In this document: positions 1-11,872 of the stretch, in pieces
Layout: each line of letters begins with the position of its first letter
Numbering within the stretch: the first letter of the stretch is position 1
Origin: Vicugna vicugna
Taxonomy: Eukaryota
NCBI GenBank assembly: GCA_013265495.1
Contig: MU058337.1
Location: 932,001-979,635, forward strand
Length of the DNA stretch: 47,635 nt
Reading direction: 5' to 3'
Notes under the pieces: model-generated
What the model saw: only the letters and a program-made list of their open reading frames with translations
What the model was told of the DNA's origin: nothing
The model's database searches: none
Made by a program: the position numbers and the translations under genes

Positions 1-74
1 AATCCCTGGATACTTTTCCAAACTCTTTTCTCCATGCAAATCTTTCAGCTCTCAGATCTTGACTTTGTCACAGA

Positions 75-225
75 GGAAATAACTGTAACAATAGCCTCAA
101 AGAGCGTTCGCAGGATCAAGGGAGAGAAAGGACATGCACATTAAGGGATGGGGTCCCGAGCACGATGCGGGGGCAAGGTGCCTGTCTCTCCTCCTTTGTC
201 AGTGTTAACTGTGCTCAGCAAATAC
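75..225 (+). mobile_element. MIR SINE fragment (very diverged)
   Basis: aatagcctcaaagagcgttcgcaggatcaagggagag...catgcacattaag resembles the MIR core (ACCTCATAGGGTTGTTGTGAGGATTAAATGAG) as recalled. Confidence 0.4.
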
Positions 226-531
226 CTCACACATCAGCAAACCCGTAGTTAAGTGAGGAGTCCCCAGGTGCATCTCAACCCTCACAAGGATTCAGATACA
301 CGAGAATTTAAAAAGAGGTTACAGTTGAAAGCAATACAGATACAACACAGCAAATTTTTGTTCTGTTGCAAAGCATTCGCCCTTTCATTAAGTTTGAAAG
401 AAATAATACAATTGTGAATTTCCGTATTACACTGCAGTCTGAGAGAGGGACACTCCTGTCTAGCATTTTAAAGGACCAGCCCTAGGCTTTCTGATCTAAC
501 AGAACAAACTTCTGCCCATTCAGATACTTAC

Positions 532-641
532 ATTTTCCGAGGTGTGAGCCACACCACAAGGGGTGCCCTGCACGTCATGGGCCTTTTCTTCTAACATGTC
601 TTCATAGTTAACAAAAGGAAATGTTTCATTTCCAGGATGAC
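532..641 (-). other. Candidate internal exon (110 nt), one open frame: (G)HPGNETFPFVNYEDMLEEKAHDVQGTPCGVAHTSEN
   Basis: Minus strand: acceptor ttgctctttctttttaaccaaatattag|GTC and donor AAT|GTAAGT. The phase 1 to phase 0 frame is open and the other two have stops. No homologue recognised. Confidence 0.3.
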
Positions 642-1422
642 CTAATATTTGGTTAAAAAGAAAGAGCAATGCTAGTTTCTTTTCCTTTCATTGATCATTA
701 TGCATGAATGCGTTTATGTTGATCAGAAACAGCTGCTCTAAAGGTGTTCTTACTTTTCTATCTTGATCTGTTGTCATTGTTAAGCAGAGTAAGGGGGAAG
801 AAGACGGCTTGGAGACCCTTCAGATCAAGCTCAGTTAGCCACCTAAAGTTATGAGCTCCATTCCAGGGGTCTAGCTTGAATCAGACTGTTGGGAAAGCAG
901 TGTCAACCTGTGTACAGCAATAGGTTATTTTTGGGATAGTTTCATAATAATAAAAAAAAAAAAACCTCTTGCTGATAATGGGCTCTACTCAGTTTTGTGC
1001 TACGTGAAATTCATGTTCAGGGGCATTAATGCAGAAGAGTCAGCTGAGGCCTGGCTGGATGCTGGTGTGTGATGAGTTGTCCCAGCCTGGCCTCCTGGCA
1101 GTACGTTAGAAAATAGAGATTGTGCTCTTCTCCACGCGACTTTAACAAATGACTTTATAACCTCGGTGGCTGCTGAGCTAATCGCAACCAGCAAATAAAA
1201 TATAGGTAAGAATTCAATTATTTTAGTGTTTGTGTCATGAAGGTTCTAAAATACAATTTTCCCATTCATGAATTTACTAGACTTTAAATACTCATAAGAC
1301 ACTAAGTTTGCAAGGAAGAGGAAGACTATGTGAAAAAGCCATCACCACCCCTCGTCCTCGCCACCACCGCTGAGCTCTGCCACGCAAACTTGCCGGTTTA
1401 CCTGAAAGACGCATTTTCTACA

Positions 1423-1510
1423 ACTGAAAAAAATTAGTTAAAATTTGAAAAGACATCGTTTATAAACCTGAAAAAAAACTTGTTAAACTCTGGAAGGATA
1501 TCTTTATTAC
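1423..1510. repeat. Degenerate ~45-bp tandem duplication
   Basis: ctgaaaaaaattagttaaaatttgaaaagacatcgtttataaac is followed by ctgaaaaaaaacttgttaaactctggaaggatatctttattac. Confidence 0.55.
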
Positions 1511-2600
1511 TTAAGTAAAAACGAGGATACTATAGTTGGTCAAGAAGAAAAACAAATGAGTGTAACTGGCCTGAGGTTAAAAGACAATCAATTACATTTT
1601 AAGTGGCTGTAGATCTTGAGATAGCCGTGAAGGAGTCACAAACATACCTCACGGTTGGGATTTTAAAATTACTTTTAAAGTGGTGGGAAATTAAAAGGAG
1701 ATGCTCAGTTGTAGATGAAGATAAGAAAAGGTCATTGCTCTGTGAGATTTAATAGGGCGTCAGCGAGCACCCTCCAGCACTTTCTGGAGACTTGTGAAAA
1801 TTGGTTATGGCTTCAAAGCGCTTGCTCAGTTTTACTGGAACTACATGTAATGTGGGAGATACAGGGCTGTTGTCTTAGTGACAGGTCCCGATAGAAGCTT
1901 CCAGGCATCATTTAGTGCAAAATCTTGAGGAACTGACCGTTCTCAGAGAGCCAAGGCCACTGGTTTTAATTTCCAGGAGATTTACGAGCATATTGTCTTA
2001 GTCCCATCTCATTCTCTCTCTCTCATTAGCCGAGGACATTCTCTCCAGTCTGTGTGAGCACGTGGGCGCTGGCTTCGGAGCAGAAGTGAGGAGACCAGCG
2101 TCCTCTCCGCCTCCGAGCTCCCAGGCCTCATCCTGTCTCTGCCCCTGGGAAGGCTGACTGAGGCCTGGGAAAGTGAGTCCTTTAGATTCTCCCATCTCCT
2201 CATCCTGGGGAGCAACTCTCAAAATCTCCAAACCAAAACCACAAAAACATCACCAGCGACAAGAAGCAGTAATACAAGGCTGCATCACAAACTCTGCCTG
2301 AGTCTAGATGGTGCGTTCTGTTTCACCAGCAAAGCAAAACACCGCAAGGCGAATAGGCCCAGCAGTAACTTAGTAAACAGACCTAGCATTTTCCCCTCTA
2401 CGCTGTGTGTTTGGGTAGCTGCCTAATCTCCCTCCACCCAGATTGCCTTCAATTTGTGCAAAGAGCCCCTCAAAGAGTATTTTAAAAACACACACAGCCC
2501 TAAAGGCAAATTAAAACTCCGTTCCTAGTAAGAATTGTGAGTTTTAAATGCAGTTTGTTTTCCCTGCTTTCACTTCTCAAGGTTAAAACCATAATCTCAC

Positions 2601-2647
2601 CTCTGGCCAATTCCTGAAGTCCTTCACTGAGGGGCTGACAGAGCCTT
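2601..2647 (-). other. Candidate small exon (47 nt)
   Basis: Minus strand: tttacgctttcttccag|AAGG...CCAGAG|GTGAGA. The phase 2 to phase 1 frame reads RLCQPLSEGLQELAR. Confidence 0.25.
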
Positions 2648-2799
2648 CTGGAAGAAAGCGTAAATCAAGGGAGCTGTAAAGGAACATTCTAGAGAGTCAG
2701 GGCTCATCGGCAGAGTGCTGCTGAAGGAGAGGCACTGGATGAGGCTCCAAACAGAGATCTGAGGACGGAGCTGAGTGTTGAGTCTTCACCGTCCTGTGG

Positions 2800-2935
2800 G
2801 TCACAGGTTCTCAACCAAAAGATCAACTCAGGTGACCGGAATTGCCCAAACACACATATTCCAGGGTTCCTGTTTGGGGAAGGTCTTCCCAGGTAACGTT
2901 GGCATCCCTCTGTGCCAATCCTGGAGGATTAGTGT
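2800..2935. mobile_element. MER5-like hAT-Charlie relic
   Basis: caggttctcaacc...acacatattccaggg...ttcccaggt loosely resembles MER5A/B; heavily diverged. Confidence 0.3.
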
Positions 2936-3479
2936 GATGCGTAAATAAAGAATTGTTGAAGATAGATTTCCTTGAATTTGAACCACCATCACATTAATTA
3001 AATTACAACAAGATCAGTTAATCCCTATTCAGTTCCCTTGACATTGTGGACTTCAAAGTTTGCTGAGGCATTTCTTAACTTCTAAACATAACTTCATGAA
3101 TGAAACAGTGATATGAATGAAGAGAATACATTCCCTTTATTTAAGGGAAACAGAAGAAAATAAATCTACAAAAATAAAGATACATCATTTTCTCTGAATT
3201 ATTCATCAGTGAGAAATTCTGAGACTCGGAAATCACAATAAGTTCTTGAATAGCAAGGAAAATACAACCCAAATCAACCGACAGACGCAACCCCTTCTCC
3301 AGATTGGAAGCATTCACTGTTCTCTTGGGAAAAGGAGACAGAAGTGGCGATTGCTTCCATTTTCACTTTGGCTTGCTCTGCGTTTTAGCGCACTGTACGT
3401 TAGTGAGGACTGCGTGGATGTCTTTCAGAACGGCTCACGTAGTTGAATGTTTCATGTACCTTTTCAGGTTCTGCCAATC

Positions 3480-3655
3480 TTTTTTTAATTGAAATATAAT
3501 TGACATAAAATATCATATTAGATTCAGGTGTACAGATTTCACAGTGATTCGTATTTGTATACGTTTTTAAATGGCCCCCAGGACCATCTAGTTACTGTCT
3601 GTCACCGTGGGAAGTTGTCACAGTGGTATTGACTAGAATCCCCGTGCTGCCCACG
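3480..3655 (-). mobile_element. L1 3' end (L1MA9/artiodactyl-type)
   Basis: ttttttaattgaaatataattgacataaaatatcatattagattcaggtgtacag...cagtgattcgtatttgtatac is the antisense L1 3' UTR with its poly(A) remnant. Confidence 0.75.
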
Positions 3656-3704
3656 AACTTCCGGCTGTAACACAGTCATGAGGGCGGAACGCTCAGATTC
3701 CGCC

Positions 3705-4337
3705 ATCTGAACTGTCCTTGGCGTCTGTGTCTGCAAACTCACCTACTTGCCAAAATTTATTTGTAACCTCCAACACCAATACTTGGGTGCTTTCATCGCC
3801 AGCCGGGGACACACAGAGCAGTGAAAAGTTTGTCACCAGACAGGCACATTCCCAGCTCGGAAGGTGATGCTCTGCTTTGTTGTTTCAGCTCTAGTCCTGC
3901 AAACAGATACTCTCCTCGTGGTCTGCTTAGTGCCGTCTTTTGCATTGTTTATGCTTTCTGTTGGTGATGTCACTATTTAAAATGACCCCCAAATGTAGTG
4001 CTGGAAGGGTGTCCTGTGTTCCTTGGTGCAAGAAGGCTTAGATGTGCCCAACAGGGAAAGGACATCTGTTAGAGAAGCTTCCTTCAGGCACAAGGTACGG
4101 TGCTGTGGGTTGTGAGTTCAATATTAATTAATCAACATTATATATTAAATAAGGTGTCTTGCAACAGGAATACACATAAAACAAGGCTATTTTTGATTGA
4201 CTGATAAAAGCATTGTGACCAGAAGCTCACAGGAACCCACTCTTCTGCTCTCCCTGGGAGCCAGGGTCAGTGTCCACTCTTTCAGGGTTTGTGGCATCTG
4301 AATAGAACAGAACTGCTGTGTCATGAGGATCTACGTT
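3705..4337 (-). mobile_element. MER82 (TcMar-Tigger non-autonomous DNA transposon), near full length
   Basis: aaaatttatttgtaacctcc, tcaacattatatattaaataaggtgtct, cacataaaacaagg and tgtgaccagaagctcacaggaacc match recalled MER82 motifs in order. Confidence 0.85.
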
Positions 4338-5339
4338 GTTCACTATATATTTAAAATTTTTATCAGATAGTGCATTGCATTCATCCTCTATTATTCTACA
4401 CCATTTTGGAAAACTGATAGGAATTCAGTTTCAGCACCGGGTTTCCGTAGAAATACGCTCACGTCTTAGCCGTTCTTCTGTTTGACCAACAATGGAGGAA
4501 TCAGTATTTGTATTCTGGGACTCTGGCCCTCACCTCTGGTGATGACAGGGGTTTACACCTCTGTGTAGCTCCGAGGAAGGCCTCTGTCACAGCAGGTGAG
4601 AAGATACCCTCTGGATGTCTCTTTCTACGCCTGCCACTCCTCTGTAGATTTTTAAACAGTCTTGATTTAATTCCTTTCCATGTTAAAATTCTCTGTCTGT
4701 GTGCCAGGTGGCACTACGGTTAAATATAAGAGTCTTTGTCTTCTGCAAACTGGGCAGTTTGTGTGGAGTGGGAAGGATTATTCCAGAGCTGTCATGGAAC
4801 CAGTAAATGAGTGTTTGTGAAAGTAGGCTGTTTATGGCTACTTTAACAAATTCTATGTATTCAAAAGTGATGGTTTTATTTACAGAATGTAATTATTTGC
4901 AAAGGACCAATTCCAGGAACTAAGCATTAATATCCATATTTAGGAATTGCTCTTTTATTGAAATTTAATTTAAATTTACTGGCAGTTTTCTTTAGAAAGA
5001 AAATATTTTACAAATAATTCTTGTTTGAAACAGGCAATAGAAATAAAATGCTTTATGGGTTTCGCCTTTGTATTTTCATGGATTATTTTGATGTCTTTTG
5101 AAATATGAATTGTTTTCATCTCTAAGAGTTAATATTCTAGGATGCATAAAATTGAAATGTCTTATGAAAACATTTATAAACATTTTGATTTTCTTTTCTA
5201 AATGTCTGACCCCTTCTGAATATTTAAAATATGCACAGTAATTTCCTCTAATTATTAGTTGAAATAAAATCATTTTTATTATGTAACAACTGTTTCGTGT
5301 TCTCATGAATAATTATTCAAAAGTTATTGTAATATTATG

Positions 5340-5500
5340 CTTAGAGAAAGAGCCTGGAGTAACCACCAGGAGAATAAGTTTTAGTACTGCCTCTGCTGCT
5401 AGTTGACAGTGTGAACTTCTACAAACTGCTTAATTTTGGGGGGTCTCAGTGCCCCCCGTTGTGAAATAAGGAGTTGAGGCTGGGTTTCCTTGATGACTTA
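5340..5500 (+). mobile_element. MIR SINE fragment
   Basis: ctgcctctgctgctagttgacagtgtgaact...gtctcagt...gtgaaataagg follows the MIR core layout. Confidence 0.55.
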
Positions 5501-6997
5501 TGTCATCTAGGGGGAAAATGTGACCCTATGCAACGGTAAACATTAATCGTGCCACAAGAACTTGGCCTTTCTATCTTGTATCATTTATATTATTTATGAA
5601 CAAAATATTTCTTGGCATTCCCAAGCAATTGAGCAATTGTTCTACAGTCTTCAAAATATTACATTACTGGAAAAGGTTAGGGTTGGACTTCCTCTAAATG
5701 CTAACAAAAATAAAATCAATATACAGACATTTTTGTTCACTATCATAAAACTAAAGTTTCCACACTACTATTTTATTGTTTTGCAAACCAGATTTCAAAC
5801 ATTTTAGAAAAAGTGAATATTTAAAACCGTTAGCATCTTCTTTTCTTCTGTAGTTCCCTTTTCATCTTATTCTATGTTATTGCAATTGTTACATGTTTTA
5901 TGTAAGTTCTGGGCCATCTTCTGTAGTTCGCAATTCAGATTATAGTCAGTCATTGAAAAGATTCACTAAATGAATAGAGAGGTTTGATGCAGAAGTAGAG
6001 AAGAATGTGGGTACGAGGGACTGTGTGGAGAGAAAGGTTGTCATATATTTGAAAGCATTTTGTTATTTTTATTCTTGTTTGGAGCATTCTATGATGTCCC
6101 TCATGACAGGGTTTGAATTTAGACTGGTCACACTTGAAGTTGAAAGGTGCAGTTCAGCTGTTTGTACACAAACATGAGACAATGATTGCCTGAAGCACAT
6201 CCCTTCCAGCATCCCTGGGTAACCATGGAGACACAGCCCCACAGCGTGAAACGCTGCACAAGACATGTGTCTATGAAAAAGCCTCGTGCTGTAACTCTGG
6301 ACCTGAGAGAACAGCTGAGAGATGAGCGTGGAAACAGGATACAATTAAACTCCAGAACATGCAGCTCCTTTTATTTGAGGCTTTCTCATCTGAAATTAGA
6401 AATATAAACTACTCCTCTCGTAGTTACCTTCATGTATTTTCATCCCAGTAGAGAATCAAACGATAATTCACTGGGTAATAGTTTGACGCTCTACAATTAC
6501 ATATGTTGCATCCTAAGATGGAGGCTATAGATAAAAACTGAAATAGCATTATGTTCTGTTTATAGTTACTATCAAGCATCATAGAGACAGTGTGTCCATG
6601 TATTTGTCAACATCATTTCCCTTTTGACATCAAGTAGATGAAGTCTCAAATCCTTCCTCATCAGAGCCAGAATAACCAGATCAGCTCCTCTTACATCTGC
6701 TGCTGGAGGTCTCCTAGGTTTGGACTGTAACGTGCATTCCAGCTAGATGTACTGTAGTTTGACAGGGGCCACCGCCTTGAAATGCCTGCCTATGATTTGG
6801 TCATTGTGGCCAAGGAAGACAGCCGACTGCAGGCTCCCCTCCTCGCCTTCCTCCTCAGCCAGCCTGAGCCTGGAGCCGACGCCGGGCTGGAGCAGCTGGA
6901 GCTCTCTTCCTCTTGAGTTCTCAGAACCAAAGACACCTCTCAAGTGAAGAGCAGATGTCTCCGTTCCCCACCCTTCACTTCCCCACGCCTGGGACCG

Positions 6998-7374
6998 GGC
7001 CTTAGCGACCTCAGGCTGCTATGACAAAATGCCACAGACTGGGTGGCTTAAGCAAAAGACATTTATTTCTCACAGTTCTGGAGATTGACGTCTGAGATCA
7101 GGGTGCTGACGTAGTCAGCTTCTGGTGGGGACACTCTTATGAATTTACAGATGGCCACCTTCTTGCTTAATCCTCATAAGGCAGGGGAGAGAGAGAAAGA
7201 AAAAGAGAGGAAGCAAGCTGCTAGTGTCTCTTGTTGTAAGGGCACCAGTCCCACTCGTGAGGACCCCCTCCGTGACTCATCTAAACCTAATCACCTAATC
7301 ACAAAGGTCCCACACTGGGGGTTGGGGCTTCGACATACAAGTTTGCGGGAGACACAAACATTCAGTTCATAACA
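6998..7374 (-). mobile_element. MLT1A-type MaLR solo LTR
   Basis: ggctgctatgacaaaatgccacagactgggtggctta...atttatttctcacagttctgga...acacaaacattcagttcataaca. The flanks GACCG/GACCT fit a 5-bp TSD with one mismatch. Confidence 0.9.
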
Positions 7375-9619
7375 GACCTGAAATAAAAGGATGAGGGGAG
7401 AAATGGTCTATAATTTTAAAAGGTCAAGTTAGGCGATAAAACCTGTGGGGACAATTTCTTTCTCTCAAAAAGTGAATTAAAGAGCCAAGCCAGATTTTCT
7501 TCGGAGAGTAGCTATGAGATAGTTGAAAATTAGGTTTGTTGGAAAACACTTATCTAGGACAGGACATGATGTTTCCAGGATACTTGACATCAGATTGCAT
7601 TTACTAAGGTGAAATGCTTTTTTCCACTCCATTTGGTTATAAAATCGCTACATGGACTTCCAGAAAAATGCTTCAGACTTTCTTGCATTGAACATTTAAA
7701 CTCTTTTATGAAAGCAAACTTCAAGATCTACTAAGATTTCACTCTTAAATTGTGCTTTTCTAAATTGCTAAAGACATATTATCAGTTCCTAACAAGATTT
7801 ATGTTTAAGACACTATTTTAAGGAAATACAGTCAGTTTGTGTTTATGTCTTGAAGATGACACAGCTCAGCATCCTGATAATCTCACTCTAAGGAGACCCC
7901 CCTCTTCATTTATAAAAGCTAGTCTGTTACAACGTCATGCTGGTGAAACATCTCTAATTTAAAACCTAGTCAACAATATTTTCCGTAGAAATATTGACTG
8001 AGTGTTTCTGTCTGAAACACTTTTTGCTTTGCATGGGAATTTTGTTTGCTTGAGATTCTGCAAAAGAGGTAAATTTCAGATGATTTAGACGAAGACCGTG
8101 TGGATGAGCACCGTACACTGGAGTGCTTCTTGTTTATTTCCGATTGTGAATGTAGAGGCTTAGGCTGTGGATTGCAAGTTTATCCCTCTATTTCTTCCTT
8201 TAAAAAACAAGATTAGAAAATCATTTTCCCAGAACATGGGTACAAAGATTCATGAGGCATTAGATTGTTCCTTTAGAGGTACATTTTGTTCCTCCAAACA
8301 CTTGTGCATCCGTAGAAGCAAGAGAGGCAACAGAGAAACCAAAGGCTGTGCCGAAACCATTCTTTTAAAGAGTCTTATAATGACTGATTGATTGACAGAG
8401 AGAAAACGCTCTGTGTAAGGGCTTCTGGTATCCAGCTGGACTCTTGAGTTTAAGTTGAGATAAATTAGATAATTGTAAAACAAAATGGAACAAATGTCAA
8501 GAAAACTTTTCTTTAAGCACCTAAAGCATGCCAGGTGTTGGGAGCGAAGTGTGACAAGTCTAGTGTGACAATTACCAGCTGCTGAGAAAGAATAAAGAAT
8601 ATAGCAGTGAGCACTGAACCGAAATGTGTGTGTGCGCACGTGGGTGTGTCGGAGGAGGAGATGGGGAGAAAAATCACTCCAGGTTAAGATCTGAAGAATG
8701 ACCTGGAGGGCAGGGGTGCCGCACTATCAAGGAGCAATGACAGAGATGCAGGTGTGTACCCAGTAATCTGCACGGTCACAACTCACATAGCATTAACCAT
8801 CACACTCTGGATATCTGATAGCTACTGAGGCTAATTATCAAGCACTTAAGAAGAACTGATTAGCCATTTGAATGCTGGTATTACAACCCCAAATATATAA
8901 AGAGAGGAAATGAAACGGTCATCCACACTGAGATGCATTTGTGGTCTGGTGGTTCAAGTCAAGGAAAGTTTTAAAAGTACTGCCACCTCGTGTTTCATCA
9001 GCCTGAAATTATTCACCAGCCTGATATATTACCGTATCTAGGACACTCGATGACATTTGATTAAGTGCTAATTATACTGAAAGCTTGATAATAGGAAAGA
9101 ATGTATTAAATATGTGAATGACAAGCTATTAGAATATTACCCGTTAGAGACTAGTTCAGGCATGGCGATCTCATTCATATTGCATTTATTTCATAAAGTG
9201 ATTTCTCTTGAAATAAGTACAGTTCAAGAGAGCTTCGAGGTCTAATGCCCATGGTTGGCAGTGTCCTCATGGACCAGGAGTGTCTGCTGGGTCGGCCGTC
9301 CTTGGACAGTCTGGTTTGTCTGAAGAATGGCAGAGAGAGTTTTTGACGGGTAAGCAGAACTAACCCGCATTAAACTTTGCTCCAGGTGCACTGTTAAAAA
9401 GTGGCTTATGATCATTTTCCCAGATGTTGTATTACTTAGGTAAGACTCAAATACCAGCTTCCCAGTTCCTGCTTCCTAGCTTCTTAGCCTTCAAAATTAT
9501 TTTCCTACTGAAAAATTTTAAAAGTTTGTTTGAAAATTTGCATATTCTTTTTTTCTGCCAATTTGATGCTAGGGAAATGATTTTATGAGAAATAAAAAAT
9601 TATTTTCTTAAAAACTAGC

Positions 9620-9830
9620 AGTTACTATAGAATGAGATGTTAGAAGTCAAAGGAAAGAAATGGACTTCCCACCTGTTTTTTGCTCTCAGCTCTGAAACTG
9701 ACAGATTTTGTACAAGACATTATTTTCCATGAATCTCTTTTTCTTGGTCAAATCAGGAGTATAAAATATGTCTCGCAGAATTTTCTTGAAGATTAATTAA
9801 GAAATAGTTGTAAAAGAACTTGGAAAGATA
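9620..9830 (+). mobile_element. MIR SINE fragment (diverged)
   Basis: The tail tctcgcagaattttcttgaagattaattaagaaatagttgtaaaagaacttgg resembles the MIR 3' core. Confidence 0.4.
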
Positions 9831-11174
9831 AATACTTGGAAAACATAACTCAGTATTATGCACTCTATTATTAAGCCATTGTATTACATTACAATATTTG
9901 GATTTTTTATCTATATTGCGTTATATTATGCCCTTGTGCATTATAATATGCACACTGTCCTTTTCAAATTATATAGTACTTGTTAAGTGCTGTGAATAAT
10001 TTTAGAACATGAAAAGTAAATCATAAGTTAACAGGGCACTTCCATATTTTTAAGGGAGCCACTGAAAATTTCAAGACAGTATTTGATTGAACAGGCTACC
10101 TTTGGCAGGATGGAGGGGCTTGTAATAATCATCTTTACAACTGATTCAAGTGCTTCAGCAAATCCATCCTGTGACAGCAGACAAACATTTAAGATGGTTA
10201 AAGTACGTAAATTGACTCATCCAGGTTTTGTTAATATCATAGTGTAGAAACAGTCTACATGGCATTGAGTAATGTACCTTGAGTGACAGTAGATTCTTTG
10301 GTATGACTGTCCTGTGTCAATACATTTAGCTTCACCTCTTCTGCAGTAAGTAACAGTTTCTTCAGAAATAATATATAAATTCCTGAATAGAAAATATTTC
10401 TAAAACATTTGGATATTTTTATGAGATTACATGCATACCTACTACATGCACAAAGGAACACACATGCCCCAAACTCAGACCCAATACACCGTGAGTTAAT
10501 GCTTATGTCTGGTGAAGACATGGGATGCTTAGATTAACCAGCAACTGCACTTCTAAGCAATGTTATCTGGTAGAAGGATACTTTCTTGGAATTTGGGGAG
10601 TTTCTTAAGGAAATTTGTCTCTGAATATGCAGAAATGGCCCTGAAGACTGTTTACAACAGAGGGATTTTTTAAATGTAGTCATTTAATATGTGAACCAGA
10701 AAGTTAACTACAAGGTCAAGCCCTTTAAAAGAGACTTCAGAAATGCAAATTTGAAATAGTCTCCACTGAGTTTAGGTAAACATATTAAACCTACAGAGAG
10801 GAAGCAAAAGTGAAAATGAGTTTTAGAAAGCTTTTTATGGATTAATTTTTTGGATAAAATGTTTTAATGTGACAAGACATTTTAAAGTATATCTTTGATC
10901 AAAAATATGAGATACTATGAGTTAGAAAAATAATAGGCGGTCTTGGAAAATATTTGTCCAAGTGTTTGGATAATCATAAAGAAATGAACCTGCCCTAAAC
11001 TACTTTGTCCTTCCTACTGGTGACAGAATCCATTTAAGATATAAAAGGCAGAGATATCCTAACAGTCTCTCTGATAAGTTCAAATTTAAAACAAAAAATT
11101 GGAGGAAAACATAAGGAAAGTAAGGAGAAACAAAAGACCGGGTGGACACACAAGGGTGGGTTCCATAACTCAGT

Positions 11175-11420
11175 GATTGTGCGTTTAGTTCGCTCAACAC
11201 GTGTTGCTTGCGGGCGGGCCTGCTGCGGTTCAAGTGCCGTGGCCGACTCTCGGGCGGTGAAGGAGCGGTCTTCTTCTCTTAAAATCTGATGTGGGAGAAA
11301 AACGAGCAAGTAGGAGCCATTGGTAGATTTTAAGTAGACGAAGTAATGATTAAATTTGCATTTAACAATGATCCCCCCAGGGACAAAGTAGAGAAAAAAA
11401 TCAGAAGGGGCAAGAATCAG
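11175..11420 (-). mobile_element. L2 LINE 3' fragments
   Basis: ttagttcgctcaacacgtgttg is a diverged L2 tail, and ggagccattggtagattttaagtag...tttgcattt is a typical L2 motif. Confidence 0.55.
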
Positions 11421-11490
11421 AAAATAACTCAGAGGCGGATAAAGTAACCCCCGCCAGCTCCCCCAAAAGGAGCAACAGAAATGTATGAGT

Positions 11491-11872
11491 TGTCAGGTGA
11501 CAGAGATAGTGCAATTTAGTCAGGAGTGTGATGCTCTTTATTCAAGGGAAAGCAACCCTTGGATTTGGGAGCACGACGGGGCCCTCCTATGCAAGAGCCA
11601 GTCTGGGCAGGAGTGGCCTTACAGAGCCTTAGAAGAGGCAACTGGGACGTGCACGGTTGACTCGGAGGTCGTGACTTTCCCCAGAAGGAATCAGGTTCTG
11701 TCTTCTAGGGTCAGCTAAGTCAGCCAAAGCTGGTTTGGAGGATTGCGATTGGTTTCTTTGACAGAGAGGCACTTCCAGGAAGCGAAGGCTGATGTAGGCT
11801 TAGATGTGTGAGCTGGGCTGGGCCACTGGGGTGGCCTCCGTTTTGTGGGAAATACACTGATTTCTTTTATCA
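11491..11872 (-). mobile_element. ERV1-class solo LTR (family not assigned)
   Basis: TG...CA termini (tgtca at 11491, atca ending at 11872) and a minus-strand AATAAA at 11537-11542 near the 3' end. The flanks GAGT/GACT fit a 4-bp TSD with one mismatch. Confidence 0.7.

Noticed and set aside
10255..10521. ORF starting MSSPDIS, reminiscent of an OFCC1 motif
   Set aside because: Only about five residues match and the flanks do not.
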